From an uncultured Bacilli bacterium (GTDB lineage: Bacteria > Bacillota_I > Bacilli_A > RF39 > UBA660), in NCBI GenBank assembly GCA_934097105.1, contig CAKONI010000002.1:12006-76005 (forward strand): DNA of 64,000 nucleotides, read 5' to 3'. The position numbers were made by a program, and so were the translations under genes. Shown one piece after another: positions 28,201 through 36,197 of the stretch (positions are counted from its first letter, which is position 1; the number at the start of each line of letters is the position of its first letter). A model generated the notes under the pieces. It worked only from the letters and a program-made list of their open reading frames with translations, was not told where the DNA came from and made no database searches.

Positions 28201-30480
28201 TGTAAAGGTGTCTTTTTTTAGGATTTCTTCATTATCTTTATAAATTATGGTGCTTGTTTTAGTTGGTGTTTTTAAGTTTTTATATGTGTTATAAGCGATA
28301 TATGAGTCGTTTTTTTGACCATTGTTGTAGTTATAGATAACTGTTTGTCCCATTAGTCTAGTTGGTCTTAGGACTAAGAAGAGATCTTTTCTACTATTTA
28401 GTGATGAGAAGGCATTGTGAATTAGGTTGTGGGCTGATTCATTTGTATATTTGGTGAAACCATTTTTTCCAAATATTAGGAATGAGCCTTGTTCGTCGCT
28501 TGTTGATGTTTGTTCTTCTCCGGTTTGTCCTAAGAAGATGTATGTGTTCATTAGGGATGAGTTTGATGAGTAAGTTACTAAAATATCTCCGTATTCTAGA
28601 TCTTGAGTTCTTATATATTTTAGTCTGTCTCCGTTTTCGTTTCCTCTTAAACTTAGTCCTCCGTATAGACCTGGTACGAGCATTTTTTTAATTTGTTCTG
28701 TTGATTCTGAAAGGCCTTTTTGGACTATGTAATCGTCGCCACTGTTTCTAAATAGTGCTTCTTTTATGTTTTGGTTTGTAAGCATTGTTAAATCTATTCC
28801 TAATTCATTGTAGTATAACATTTTAATGAATCCTGAACTTGTTAGTGACATGTTGGTGATGTTATCTATATCTATATTTACGTTGTCTGTGCTATTTGAA
28901 ACGTATGTTATTTTTCCACTGTTATAAAGGTTTTTTATTTTATCGATGCTATTTGTAAAACTGTTAATGTTTTCTTTGGTTAGTGTTGGGTTTACATAAA
29001 CATCTAGATTTGAATAGGTAAGACTGTTGTTGTTTGTGGTTGTTATTTTTATTCCCTCGTTTGTTATTTTTTCTTTATCTGTTTCTACTTTTACTGTGTA
29101 TGATAGCACTTGTTTTTGAGGGTTATTTATATCTTTTTTAGGTACTTTATCGAAACTATCCCAGATTATTTTGTTTCCTTGGACTCTACAACTTATACAT
29201 TTTACGAATGTTGTTCCGCTTGGAATGGTTCCTTCAATGGTAAGACCAATATAATTTTCTTTGTTTGAAACTGAGTTATATTTTTCTTTTCCAATGTATT
29301 CGATTAATTGGCCATTATCTTTTCGCCATGTTCCTCCGCTTTGGGTGCAACTGTTTTCGTCGTGATAGGCTCCGGATGATTTTAGTCCGGTACAGATATA
29401 TGTATTTGACATGTTTTCTAGTTCGAAGTTATATGTTATTTCGTCTCCGTTGTTTACTGAGTTGTATTTTCCTATATATTTGTTTATGTCGCTGGTTGTT
29501 TGATATTCTTTTTTGGTTGTTGTGTAGGCTTCGCTACGTAGTTTTTTTAAGTCGTTTCTGGCTAGTGAGTCTTCTTTTTCTGCGGCTGTAAGTGTACAAC
29601 TATCTGAGATACAATATCTATTTATTGGTCTTAGGACCATGACTGATAATAAGTCGTTTGTTAGGTCGAATACTTTTTCTAGGTTTGAGATTGAGCCATT
29701 TTTTACTGAGTTATATACTTCTTTAAAGTCTCCACCGTTTGAGTGGATGATTGATTCTCTTGTTCCTTGACCATCTAGGGCGTCACCAACGTACATAAGA
29801 GCGTGGCCTCCGCCTGTGTGTCTATAAACTATTATGTCTCCGTTTCTTAGAATGTTTTTTATATTATTTATGATGCTTGTTTTTTTTGCAGTATCTTCGG
29901 TTGTTGTGGTTTCGTAGTAATATACAATTGGAGAGGTGTTATTTGTGTTTTTATTTATGTATTCTTCTCCAGCATTTTTGTTTGCTTGTCTTTTTGATAG
30001 GTTATTAAAGAATGCGGTGTTTATTCCTACGGCGCTTGTTTGATAGGCTGCTTTATAGTTTTGGGGACTTGTATATGAGTAGGAAATGTTAAATGAACTT
30101 GCTAGGTATTTGCTATTTGAGAAAGAATAGTAGTCTGAGAAGTCATATCCTAGGGCGTGTATATATACGGATGAGGCAAAACTTGAGCAATCTATGAAAT
30201 ATTGATTTCCTCTACTTATTGATTCTGGGGTTAGGTTAAAATTCCTATATCTAATAGAGTTTCTATAGGTTCCGGTGGCATTGTCCATGGCTTTTTGTGA
30301 GTAGTCGGAATATTTGCCGTTATAGTAGTAACTTAATGCGGTTGATGTTACCATGTCTTCTAATTCTTTTCTTGTAAATTCTGTTTTGGCATATGATACT
30401 TTCATTATACTGCCAAGTAGTACTAAGCTGATTCCTAATAGTAATACGATATATTTGTATTTATTTATTTTTTTTCTCAT
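25270..30480 (-). CDS. giant (1736 aa) cell-surface protein: NlpC/P60-like Cys-His domain, multiple Listeria-Bacteroides (Flg_new-type) repeats, four ~86-aa C-terminal repeats, C-terminal anchor
   Basis: Signal peptide, then 'FIDCSSFASSVY' ... 'GGGHALMYVGD' ... 'IIHSNG'. Repeats of the type 'EGYKFLGWY....ITLYAKW'. The C-terminus is 'IPNTNNNISTLVIIIGAILIITGSYFMFAKKTKIK'. Confidence 0.85.
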   Translation of the reverse strand: MRKKINKYKYIVLLLGISLVLLGSIMKVSYAKTEFTRKELEDMVTSTALSYYYNGKYSDYSQKAMDNATGTYRNSIRYRNFNLTPESISRGNQYFIDCSSFASSVYIHALGYDFSDYYSFSNSKYLASSFNISYSYTSPQNYKAAYQTSAVGINTAFFNNLSKRQANKNAGEEYINKNTNNTSPIVYYYETTTTEDTAKKTSIINNIKNILRNGDIIVYRHTGGGHALMYVGDALDGQGTRESIIHSNGGDFKEVYNSVKNGSISNLEKVFDLTNDLLSVMVLRPINRYCISDSCTLTAAEKEDSLARNDLKKLRSEAYTTTKKEYQTTSDINKYIGKYNSVNNGDEITYNFELENMSNTYICTGLKSSGAYHDENSCTQSGGTWRKDNGQLIEYIGKEKYNSVSNKENYIGLTIEGTIPSGTTFVKCISCRVQGNKIIWDSFDKVPKKDINNPQKQVLSYTVKVETDKEKITNEGIKITTTNNNSLTYSNLDVYVNPTLTKENINSFTNSIDKIKNLYNSGKITYVSNSTDNVNIDIDNITNMSLTSSGFIKMLYYNELGIDLTMLTNQNIKEALFRNSGDDYIVQKGLSESTEQIKKMLVPGLYGGLSLRGNENGDRLKYIRTQDLEYGDILVTYSSNSSLMNTYIFLGQTGEEQTSTSDEQGSFLIFGKNGFTKYTNESAHNLIHNAFSSLNSRKDLFLVLRPTRLMGQTVIYNYNNGQKNDSYIAYNTYKNLKTPTKTSTIIYKDNEEILKKDTFTNYFLGWYKEKTFQTRVNNTTQIENKTQNLYANYLGASVTLPDIEKEGYTLEGYYSDKNLTQKIGNKGSTYTLNEDTTLYANYQKKKVTITFDTNGGSTINPLEGEIASPLTKPEDPKKDGYKFAGWYQDKKLTKLYTFEKFPESDITLYAKWTLEDYTINYNLNDGQNNENNPTTYNKEEIKTLYSPTKKGYKFLGWYTEENFINEIKDTSNQNTNLNLYAKWEIKDITITIEKENETSIDKITGKYLEKIPKIPTPEKEGYKFLGWYDKTLENEFTKEEFPEDDITIYAKWQPINYTITCRIEDNIITKDYNIESEFTIENPEKKGYNFISWENENESLKTLTIKKGTTGNKTYKAVFSPIKYYIIYNPNKGIGTKIKEEFTYDKEQNLKNNLFTREGYTFIGWNKDENAKTSMFEGYDGDLSILNLTDKDGEEINLYAIWNKEIMDIKINVINGSAEKTSLTLKKNETASITLKNNLGYNNPEVTCTNNQTATIENNILNLKNLTEDTTCTVKYNTINYKITYDLDGGTLNNGITSYTIEDTITLPQPSKKGYEFIGWTNDSIKTPTKTITIKNETEDKFYKANYQIKSYQINYASDNYGKITGTTKETKKYKENPSGTTHETFDEYKILKWAADKDVTLKDGTTIKKGAPLTEEQIKNVLVDDDITFTIYHYINKYNIIYTSDENGTITGILEEEVPSGASPLGTTLKPKQGYKFKNWTIDKDVTLKDGTIIKKGESLTKEQINQIIIKENLTITGQTKLEQYYVNYITDENSIITGITKEQTNITKKLKGTTYKAKQGYKIIGLKANKDVLLNNKIIKKGTIINKNNLTKITIKENTNIKIITQKITYIVKYISTENAKITGKTKEKVSYNENPTGTKVKITTNEKALVWIANKDITLKNGNIIEKGNEITNEELKQAVIKENITFTAIEKVLKAVPIPNTNNNISTLVIIIGAILIITGSYFMFAKKTKIK

Positions 30481-30570
30481 ACTTCTTACTCCCTTATATT
30501 ATATATAAAGAATATCATAAATTGATTTTTGTGTAAAGAAAAGTTAAGGTTATTTTTATGGTTTTTGCAT

Positions 30571-30612
30571 AATGAAAACTGTAAATTTTTGTTTTTATTT
30601 ACAGTTTTCATT
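30571..30612 (-). terminator. 16-bp perfect inverted repeat (terminator-like hairpin) after the MBL-fold gene
   Basis: AATGAAAACTGTAAAT-N10-ATTTACAGTTTTCATT, 4 nt past the stop at 30617. No clean U-run follows on the minus strand. Confidence 0.5.
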
Positions 30613-30616
30613 ATTG

Positions 30617-31147
30617 TTATTTGAAATATTCATTATATTTTTTTTCATGCCCCAAAGTTGTTTGTTTGCCATGGCCTGGATATAGAATAATATCATCGTC
30701 ATATTTTTTGATTTTTTCTATTGATTGTATCATATCTTGATAGGATCCTCCGGGTAAGTCTACTCTTCCTATGTTTTCGTAAAAGATAAAGTCTCCGACG
30801 AACATGATGTTATATTCTTCGAAATAGAAGCAGATACTGCTAGGGGAATGTCCTTTGGTGTAAATTGTTTTGAACTGGAAGGGGCTGATTACTTTGGTTC
30901 CCTCAAAAAGATTTTTATGATCGAAAATGGATATTTTGTAAAAGTCTGAGAGTGATAGTGCACATCCTGTATGATCGAAGTGGTTGTGGGTTAATAATAT
31001 GGCTACTGGAGTTAGTTTCATTTTTTCTATTTGTTTTATGATGTTGTTTTCTTCTGCTCCTGGGTCAATTATTAGACATTTACCGTTTTCGTAAAGGATA
31101 TAGCAATTTGTTTCTAGTTCTCCGACTATTAGTTTAAGCATTTTCAT
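30617..31147 (-). CDS. MBL-fold metallo-hydrolase
   Basis: 'LLTHNHFDHTG' is the HxHxDH motif. 176 aa. It overlaps the murC stop by 4 nt. Confidence 0.85.
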   Translation of the reverse strand: MKMLKLIVGELETNCYILYENGKCLIIDPGAEENNIIKQIEKMKLTPVAILLTHNHFDHTGCALSLSDFYKISIFDHKNLFEGTKVISPFQFKTIYTKGHSPSSICFYFEEYNIMFVGDFIFYENIGRVDLPGGSYQDMIQSIEKIKKYDDDIILYPGHGKQTTLGHEKKYNEYFK

Positions 31148-32445
31148 CTTTTTCGTCCTTTTTTATAAGCATCTATTAGCCAAGTTGGATCTTTACAGCC
31201 CATGAAAGGTATTACTGCGTTTTTATATTCATAAAGTTTAGAAATTGTTTCACTACTTATGTGTTCTGCGTTTGGTATTTCGTCGATGATTAGTTCTGAT
31301 GAGACTCCTGGGTAGTCTTTAAAACTTTCTCTTGCAGGTTCGATGTCAGTGACAAAGACTTTATCGGCATCTTTTAGTACGTTTGCAAAGTCTTTGTAGA
31401 AGGCTTGAGTACGAGAAATTGTATAGGGTATTAAAACTGCTACGAGGGTTTTGTCAGGGTATTTTTGTCTTGCAGTTTTAAGTACTGTTGCTACTTCGTT
31501 TGGATGGTGGGCGTAGTCGTCTACTAGGACTACGTTTCCTATTACTTCTTCACTAAATCTTCTTTTGGCTCCACTGAAGTCGTTAAGATATTTTGTCATA
31601 TCATTTATTGATACTTTTTCGTAGTAGGCAACTGCTATGCAAGCAAGGGCATCTAAAATCATATGTTTTCCGAAGATATTAAGATTAAAGTGACCGAATG
31701 GTTTACCATCTATGTAGACGTCGAAACTACTTCCATCGCTTCTTAGATCTGTGATGACTGCTCTTATGTCGTTGTTTTCATTAAATCCATAATAGACTAT
31801 ATTATTTCCATGTAGTTTTCTAACGTTTTCATTGTCTCCGCATGCTATTACTTTTTCTTCGGTTTTATCTACGAATTTTTGAAAGGTATCAATTATTTCT
31901 TCAATGTTTTTATAGCAATCAACGTGATCATAAAAAATATTAGTAATTACTGTGTATTTGGGATGATAAGCGAGAAAGTGTTTGTCAAATTCGCAAGATT
32001 CTACGACGAAATTGTTGGATTTTTTATCAACATAACCTGTACCATCTCCGATTAGGTAGTTAGTTCCAATAGTGTTTTTTAGGATATTTGATAGCATCGC
32101 AGTGGTGGTAGTTTTTCCGTGGGTACCACTGATACAGATGGAATCATATTTTTTAGTGAGTTCTCCGATCATTTCATAATAACCGTACATTTTGCATCCT
32201 AGTTCTTTGGCTTTTTTATAGGAATAATGATCTTCATGGATTGCAGCGGTATAGACATATATCATATCACTGGTAAGTTGTGATGCGTCTTTATATACTT
32301 TTATATTTCTTCTGTCTAGTTCTTCTAGGGTAAATGAATAGACTTTGGCATCGTCGCATCCGATTACTTCATTTCCCATGTCATGTAACATAGATGCAAG
32401 GGCTGCCATTCCTGAGCCTTCTATTCCTGCGAAAAAATATTTCAT
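31144..32445 (-). CDS. murC: UDP-N-acetylmuramate--L-alanine ligase
   Basis: 'YFFAGIEGSGMAALASML' is the N-terminal nucleotide-binding fold and 'GTHGKTTTTAM' is the Mur-ligase P-loop. The start is set at ATG 32445 behind GGAGG. Confidence 0.85.
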   Translation of the reverse strand: MKYFFAGIEGSGMAALASMLHDMGNEVIGCDDAKVYSFTLEELDRRNIKVYKDASQLTSDMIYVYTAAIHEDHYSYKKAKELGCKMYGYYEMIGELTKKYDSICISGTHGKTTTTAMLSNILKNTIGTNYLIGDGTGYVDKKSNNFVVESCEFDKHFLAYHPKYTVITNIFYDHVDCYKNIEEIIDTFQKFVDKTEEKVIACGDNENVRKLHGNNIVYYGFNENNDIRAVITDLRSDGSSFDVYIDGKPFGHFNLNIFGKHMILDALACIAVAYYEKVSINDMTKYLNDFSGAKRRFSEEVIGNVVLVDDYAHHPNEVATVLKTARQKYPDKTLVAVLIPYTISRTQAFYKDFANVLKDADKVFVTDIEPARESFKDYPGVSSELIIDEIPNAEHISSETISKLYEYKNAVIPFMGCKDPTWLIDAYKKGRKR

Positions 32446-32652
32446 TTTTATTCCTCCATTCATATATTATAATTATATAGTTTTTTAGAGAAAATTACAA
32501 GAAAACTTGTGTTTTTTTAATGAGTTGTAATATTATTGGTACTTATATAAAATGAGTAAGTAGATAAATTTACTAACTCGCTTTAATCTTTTGTTTATAA
32601 TATTTTTTTAATATGACAAGTAGGAACTATTTATCATTATTTTTATTATAAA

Positions 32653-32745
32653 TTATTTTGCGTAATAGATATAAACTCCAAGTCCTAGTATTAAAACTGA
32701 TATTACAATTATAGCAATTAATAATCCTGTACCTTTCTTTTCCAT
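32653..32745 (-). CDS. possible 30-aa single-TM peptide
   Basis: Absent from the ORF track because it is short. AAAGGAGAAAAAT precedes the ATG. It encodes 'MEKKGTGLLIAIIVISVLILGLGVYIYYAK'. Confidence 0.35.
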   Translation of the reverse strand: MEKKGTGLLIAIIVISVLILGLGVYIYYAK

Positions 32746-32816
32746 ATTTTTCTCCTTTTATTTATAATTTAAGTATATATGTATATGTCTATATTAGTCA
32801 AGATTTTTTCAAAAGA

Positions 32817-32855
32817 AAAGTACTAAGTATTATAGATATTATATTACTTAGTACT
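32817..32855. repeat. conserved palindromic terminator element, copy C
   Basis: AAAGTACTAAGT-N17-ACTTAGTACT, 18 nt 3' of the stop at 32874. Confidence 0.7.
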
Positions 32856-32873
32856 AATTATATTATTTGTTAT

Positions 32874-35543
32874 TTATGAAAGAGTGAAACTCTTACCTGA
32901 ACATGGTTCTGCATAGACACTTTCAGAAGATCCGTACCATTTACTAGTAGTATTAGTAAGACTTCCTGTAGTACTTGGTATTTTTACAGTCCATGTTGTA
33001 GCATTAGAACCTGCAGCATTAAACATACTACCCATTTTTGTTACTTGTGATGTATTCCAGTTTGATAAATCTAAATTAAAGGTTGTGGCACTATAGCCTG
33101 CATTACTAAACATTCTTTTCATATCTGTTACTTTTGATGTATTCCAATTTGATAAATCGAAATTAAAAGTTGTAGCATTAGAGCCTGCTCCATAAAACAT
33201 AGAACTCATATCTGTTACATTAGAGGTATTCCATGAAGACAAATTTCCTATACTCCAGGTTGTGTCTTTATAGCCTGCTCCAGAAAACATATTCGACATA
33301 TTTGTTACATTTGAGGTATCCCATGATGATAAATCTCCTATACTCCATGTTGTCGCATAATAGCCTGCTTGTTGAAACATTCCCCTCATATCTGTTACAT
33401 TAGAGGTATTCCATGAAGACAAATTTCCTATACTCCAAGTTGTGGCTTTAGAGCCTGCTGTAGAAAACATATACGACATATTTGTTACATTTGAGGTATC
33501 CCATGATGATAAATCTCCTATACTCCATGTTGTAGCAGAAGAACCTGCTCCCTGAAACATTCCCCTCATATCTGTTACATTTGATGTATTCCAATTTGAT
33601 AAATCTAAATTAAAAGTTGTGGCTTTAGAGCCTGCTCCATAAAACATAGTACTTATATCTGTTACATTAGAGGTATTCCATGAAGACAAATTTCCTATAC
33701 TCCATGTTGTGGCATTTCTGCCTGCAATATAAAACATAGCCCTCATATTTGTTACATTAGAGGTATTCCACGAAGATAAATCTCCTATACTCCATGTTGT
33801 CGCATTTCTGCCTGCAATATAAAACATATCCCTCATATTTGTTACATTAGAGGTATTCCATTTATCTATCCCAATCAAACTAAAGGTTGTGGCATCATCG
33901 CCTGCAGAATCAAACATAAAACTCATATCTGTTGTGCTTGATGTATCTAAATTAGTAAAATCTCCTTTTTCCATTGCAATAAACTTAGCAAACCAAGATG
34001 CAGTAGAAGTAGGTTGTATTGTTTCTCCTATTTCTACGCTTTTTACTTTCTCACTATTACTATCCCATGGACGAGCAGCTGTTCCTATTACAGGTCTAAT
34101 AAATACATATGAGTTTTCACTATCCATAGCGTTATATTCCTTTATTACTTTTCCATGATTTGCTATATTAGAATTTCTATTAGTATTTTGTTCATTTATT
34201 ATAAATGTTCCATCTTCATATAATGATGTTACTTCACTTGTTACTTTTACTGTACATGTTGTATTATTTGTTACATTTTTTATTGTTACCTGATTATCTT
34301 TAAATGCTCCATTTTGGCTGTTTGTACAGGTTACTACTCCAAGTGCATTTTCTATATTTGGTGTTATATTAAATATTCCATCTTCATTATAATTAATAGT
34401 TTTTGTGGATTCATCATTTATTGTTCCATTTTGTACTACTACGTTTATTTCATATTTATTTAGTTCCCATACTGCATATAAGTCTACTATTTTATCTTTT
34501 TCTGTTGTTAAATTTATTATTTCTTCTTCATCACTATATTTTACTTCTCCATTTGGAGTTGTGCTCCATCCTTTGAAGGTATTACCTGTTTTTGTAAATA
34601 CATTCTTTGATAATTTACCTGTTGTTCCTGTAGTAAAATTAGAATTTGTCATTGTTCCAGTTCCACCATTTGCATTGTATCTTACTTGATATGGCATATT
34701 GTTTTCTACCCATACTGCATATAAATTAACTACTCCATTATATACATTTGTTAGATTAGATACTTCTTCTTCATCTTTATATATTATATCTTTACTATTA
34801 TTTGATGTAGACCATCCTGCAAAAACATAGCCTTCTTTTGTAAATGTATTTTTTGATAGTTTTTTTGATTCTCCTTGTTTAAATGTAGTACTTGGCATAT
34901 TACCTGTTCCAGTATTTGAATTATATTTTACTGTATATGTTTCTTCTGTGTCTACATTTCCTACATTTGTTTTTACATCTATTCTAAATTTATATTCTAA
35001 TTTTGTGTCTTTGTTCCAATTACTTATATCTACATCTTTATCTAACCATATTCTTAGTTTATATTTATCTTTTATTTCTTTTGATGTATTAGTGTGACTA
35101 TTTGTTTTTGTATATATTACATAATCTTTACTTATTTTACTTATATTATTTTGTACTAAAGGATTATTATTATAATCTGTTAAGTAAAAATTTATATCTT
35201 TATCTTCTAATTGTGTATATCCTGAAGTTGGTTCTAGTTTTTCTAATACTAAACTATAACTTATATCTAATGTTTTACTTGTTTTTGTGTTTACTACGAA
35301 GTCAAAGGTATTGGTTTGTCCTTTTCCTTCGGTTTCTGTCATTGGCATAGCATTTTCTAAACTTATTACATTTGTATTACTTTCTAAAAATTCTATACTT
35401 GTACTTTCAGTTGTTATTTTATTATCATCAGTACTTACATATGTATATCTATATACTGCATATGATCCTCCGATTGTTAGGATTAATCCTAGCACTAGTA
35501 AGAATATACTAAATTTTTTTAGTTCTTTTACTCTTTCATTCAT
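32874..35543 (-). CDS. N-terminally anchored surface protein: 2 Listeria-Bacteroides repeats, conserved connector, 11 DUF285/BspA-type repeats
   Basis: TM anchor 'FSIFLLVLGLILTIGGSYAV'. Repeats 'EGYVFAGWS...VNLYAVW'. The connector is shared with 14188..16791. The C-terminus 'KSFTLS' compares with 'KKFTLS' in that protein. Confidence 0.85.
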   Translation of the reverse strand: MNERVKELKKFSIFLLVLGLILTIGGSYAVYRYTYVSTDDNKITTESTSIEFLESNTNVISLENAMPMTETEGKGQTNTFDFVVNTKTSKTLDISYSLVLEKLEPTSGYTQLEDKDINFYLTDYNNNPLVQNNISKISKDYVIYTKTNSHTNTSKEIKDKYKLRIWLDKDVDISNWNKDTKLEYKFRIDVKTNVGNVDTEETYTVKYNSNTGTGNMPSTTFKQGESKKLSKNTFTKEGYVFAGWSTSNNSKDIIYKDEEEVSNLTNVYNGVVNLYAVWVENNMPYQVRYNANGGTGTMTNSNFTTGTTGKLSKNVFTKTGNTFKGWSTTPNGEVKYSDEEEIINLTTEKDKIVDLYAVWELNKYEINVVVQNGTINDESTKTINYNEDGIFNITPNIENALGVVTCTNSQNGAFKDNQVTIKNVTNNTTCTVKVTSEVTSLYEDGTFIINEQNTNRNSNIANHGKVIKEYNAMDSENSYVFIRPVIGTAARPWDSNSEKVKSVEIGETIQPTSTASWFAKFIAMEKGDFTNLDTSSTTDMSFMFDSAGDDATTFSLIGIDKWNTSNVTNMRDMFYIAGRNATTWSIGDLSSWNTSNVTNMRAMFYIAGRNATTWSIGNLSSWNTSNVTDISTMFYGAGSKATTFNLDLSNWNTSNVTDMRGMFQGAGSSATTWSIGDLSSWDTSNVTNMSYMFSTAGSKATTWSIGNLSSWNTSNVTDMRGMFQQAGYYATTWSIGDLSSWDTSNVTNMSNMFSGAGYKDTTWSIGNLSSWNTSNVTDMSSMFYGAGSNATTFNFDLSNWNTSKVTDMKRMFSNAGYSATTFNLDLSNWNTSQVTKMGSMFNAAGSNATTWTVKIPSTTGSLTNTTSKWYGSSESVYAEPCSGKSFTLS
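32982..33965 (-). repeat. tandem 90-nt (30-aa) coding repeats, about 11 units
   Basis: 'gttacattagaggtattcca' recurs at 33661, 33751 and 33841, exactly 90 nt apart. Adjacent units such as 'DLSSWNTSNVTNMR[D/A]MFYIAGRNATTWSIG' are nearly identical. Confidence 0.85.
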
Positions 35544-35570
35544 AATAAATGCACCTCTATCCTATAAATA

Positions 35571-35599
35571 ATAATATCAAAAAAAATTCTATATTTCAA
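35571..35599 (-). promoter_or_regulatory. candidate sigma-A promoter of the 889-aa surface protein gene
   Basis: On the minus strand: TTGAAA (35594-35599), a 17-nt spacer, then TATTAT (35571-35576). The -35 lies in the loop of the duplicated terminator element. Confidence 0.5.
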
Positions 35600-35608
35600 G
35601 AACTTTTT
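35579..35608. repeat. A-run/hairpin/T-run element, copy 1 (direct repeat of 36198..36228)
   Basis: AAAAAAAATTCT-ATATTTCA-AGAACTTTTT. It matches copy 2 except for one base missing on each stem arm. Confidence 0.65.
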
Positions 35609-35622
35609 CTGATTAATTATAG

Positions 35623-35897
35623 TTACAAATTCTTAATATCTTTTAAAGATAATCTAGTATATTTAGAAATAGTATTAATATCAAGTTTTTTCTTTAACAT
35701 GTTCTTTGCTATTTCTAAGTTTCTTTCATCAATACCCATTTTTTACCAGTTTCAATTCCGGTTTTAATACCTTTTTCTTTTGCTTCATCAATCATATTAT
35801 TTTGAATCATCATATCATGTAGTTCTTTATCATATTCAAGTGCTGCCCACTCTCCATCACTACTTGCCTCTTTTGCATCTTTAATATACTCTTTCAT
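35623..35897 (-). pseudogene. remnant resembling the C-terminal end of an Rpn/PD-(D/E)XK 'putative transposase' family protein, frameshifted
   Basis: 'EAKEKGIKTGIETGKK' continues after a -1 slip in the A6 run (35739-35744) as 'MGIDERNLEIAKNMLKKKLDINTISKYTRLSLKDIKNL'. That pattern matches family C-termini as I recall them. No nuclease domain is present. Confidence 0.4.
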
Positions 35898-36197
35898 AAT
35901 ATTATCATCCTCATAACTTTTCTTTATTATAATACTTTCCCTTAATTAATGGAAGATGATCTAATAAGATCATGGTTTTACCTCCTCGAAAACACTATAA
36001 CCCAAAAAGATATATAACACAAATGGGTTATTTTTAAAATTAAGAGAAATAACCATATCAAAATAAAATATTGATTATCAAAAGATATTTCAAACTTAAA
36101 ATTGAACCATTTTTTATACACTTTTATGAATGAAATATTAAATTTAATAGAAATTAAATAATATTTTCGACAAATTTTGCACACATAAAAAAAACAT

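Noticed and set aside
30571-30612. 16-bp perfect inverted repeat considered as an invertible-promoter (inverton) boundary for the surface operon
   Set aside because: The arms are separated by only 10 nt, so the repeat encloses no promoter. It is simply a hairpin 4 nt after the MBL-fold gene stop.
35978-36184. 68-aa ORF in the insert between the duplicated terminators
   Set aside because: It has no SD sequence and looks like AT-rich noise. The region is better explained as decayed insertion DNA.
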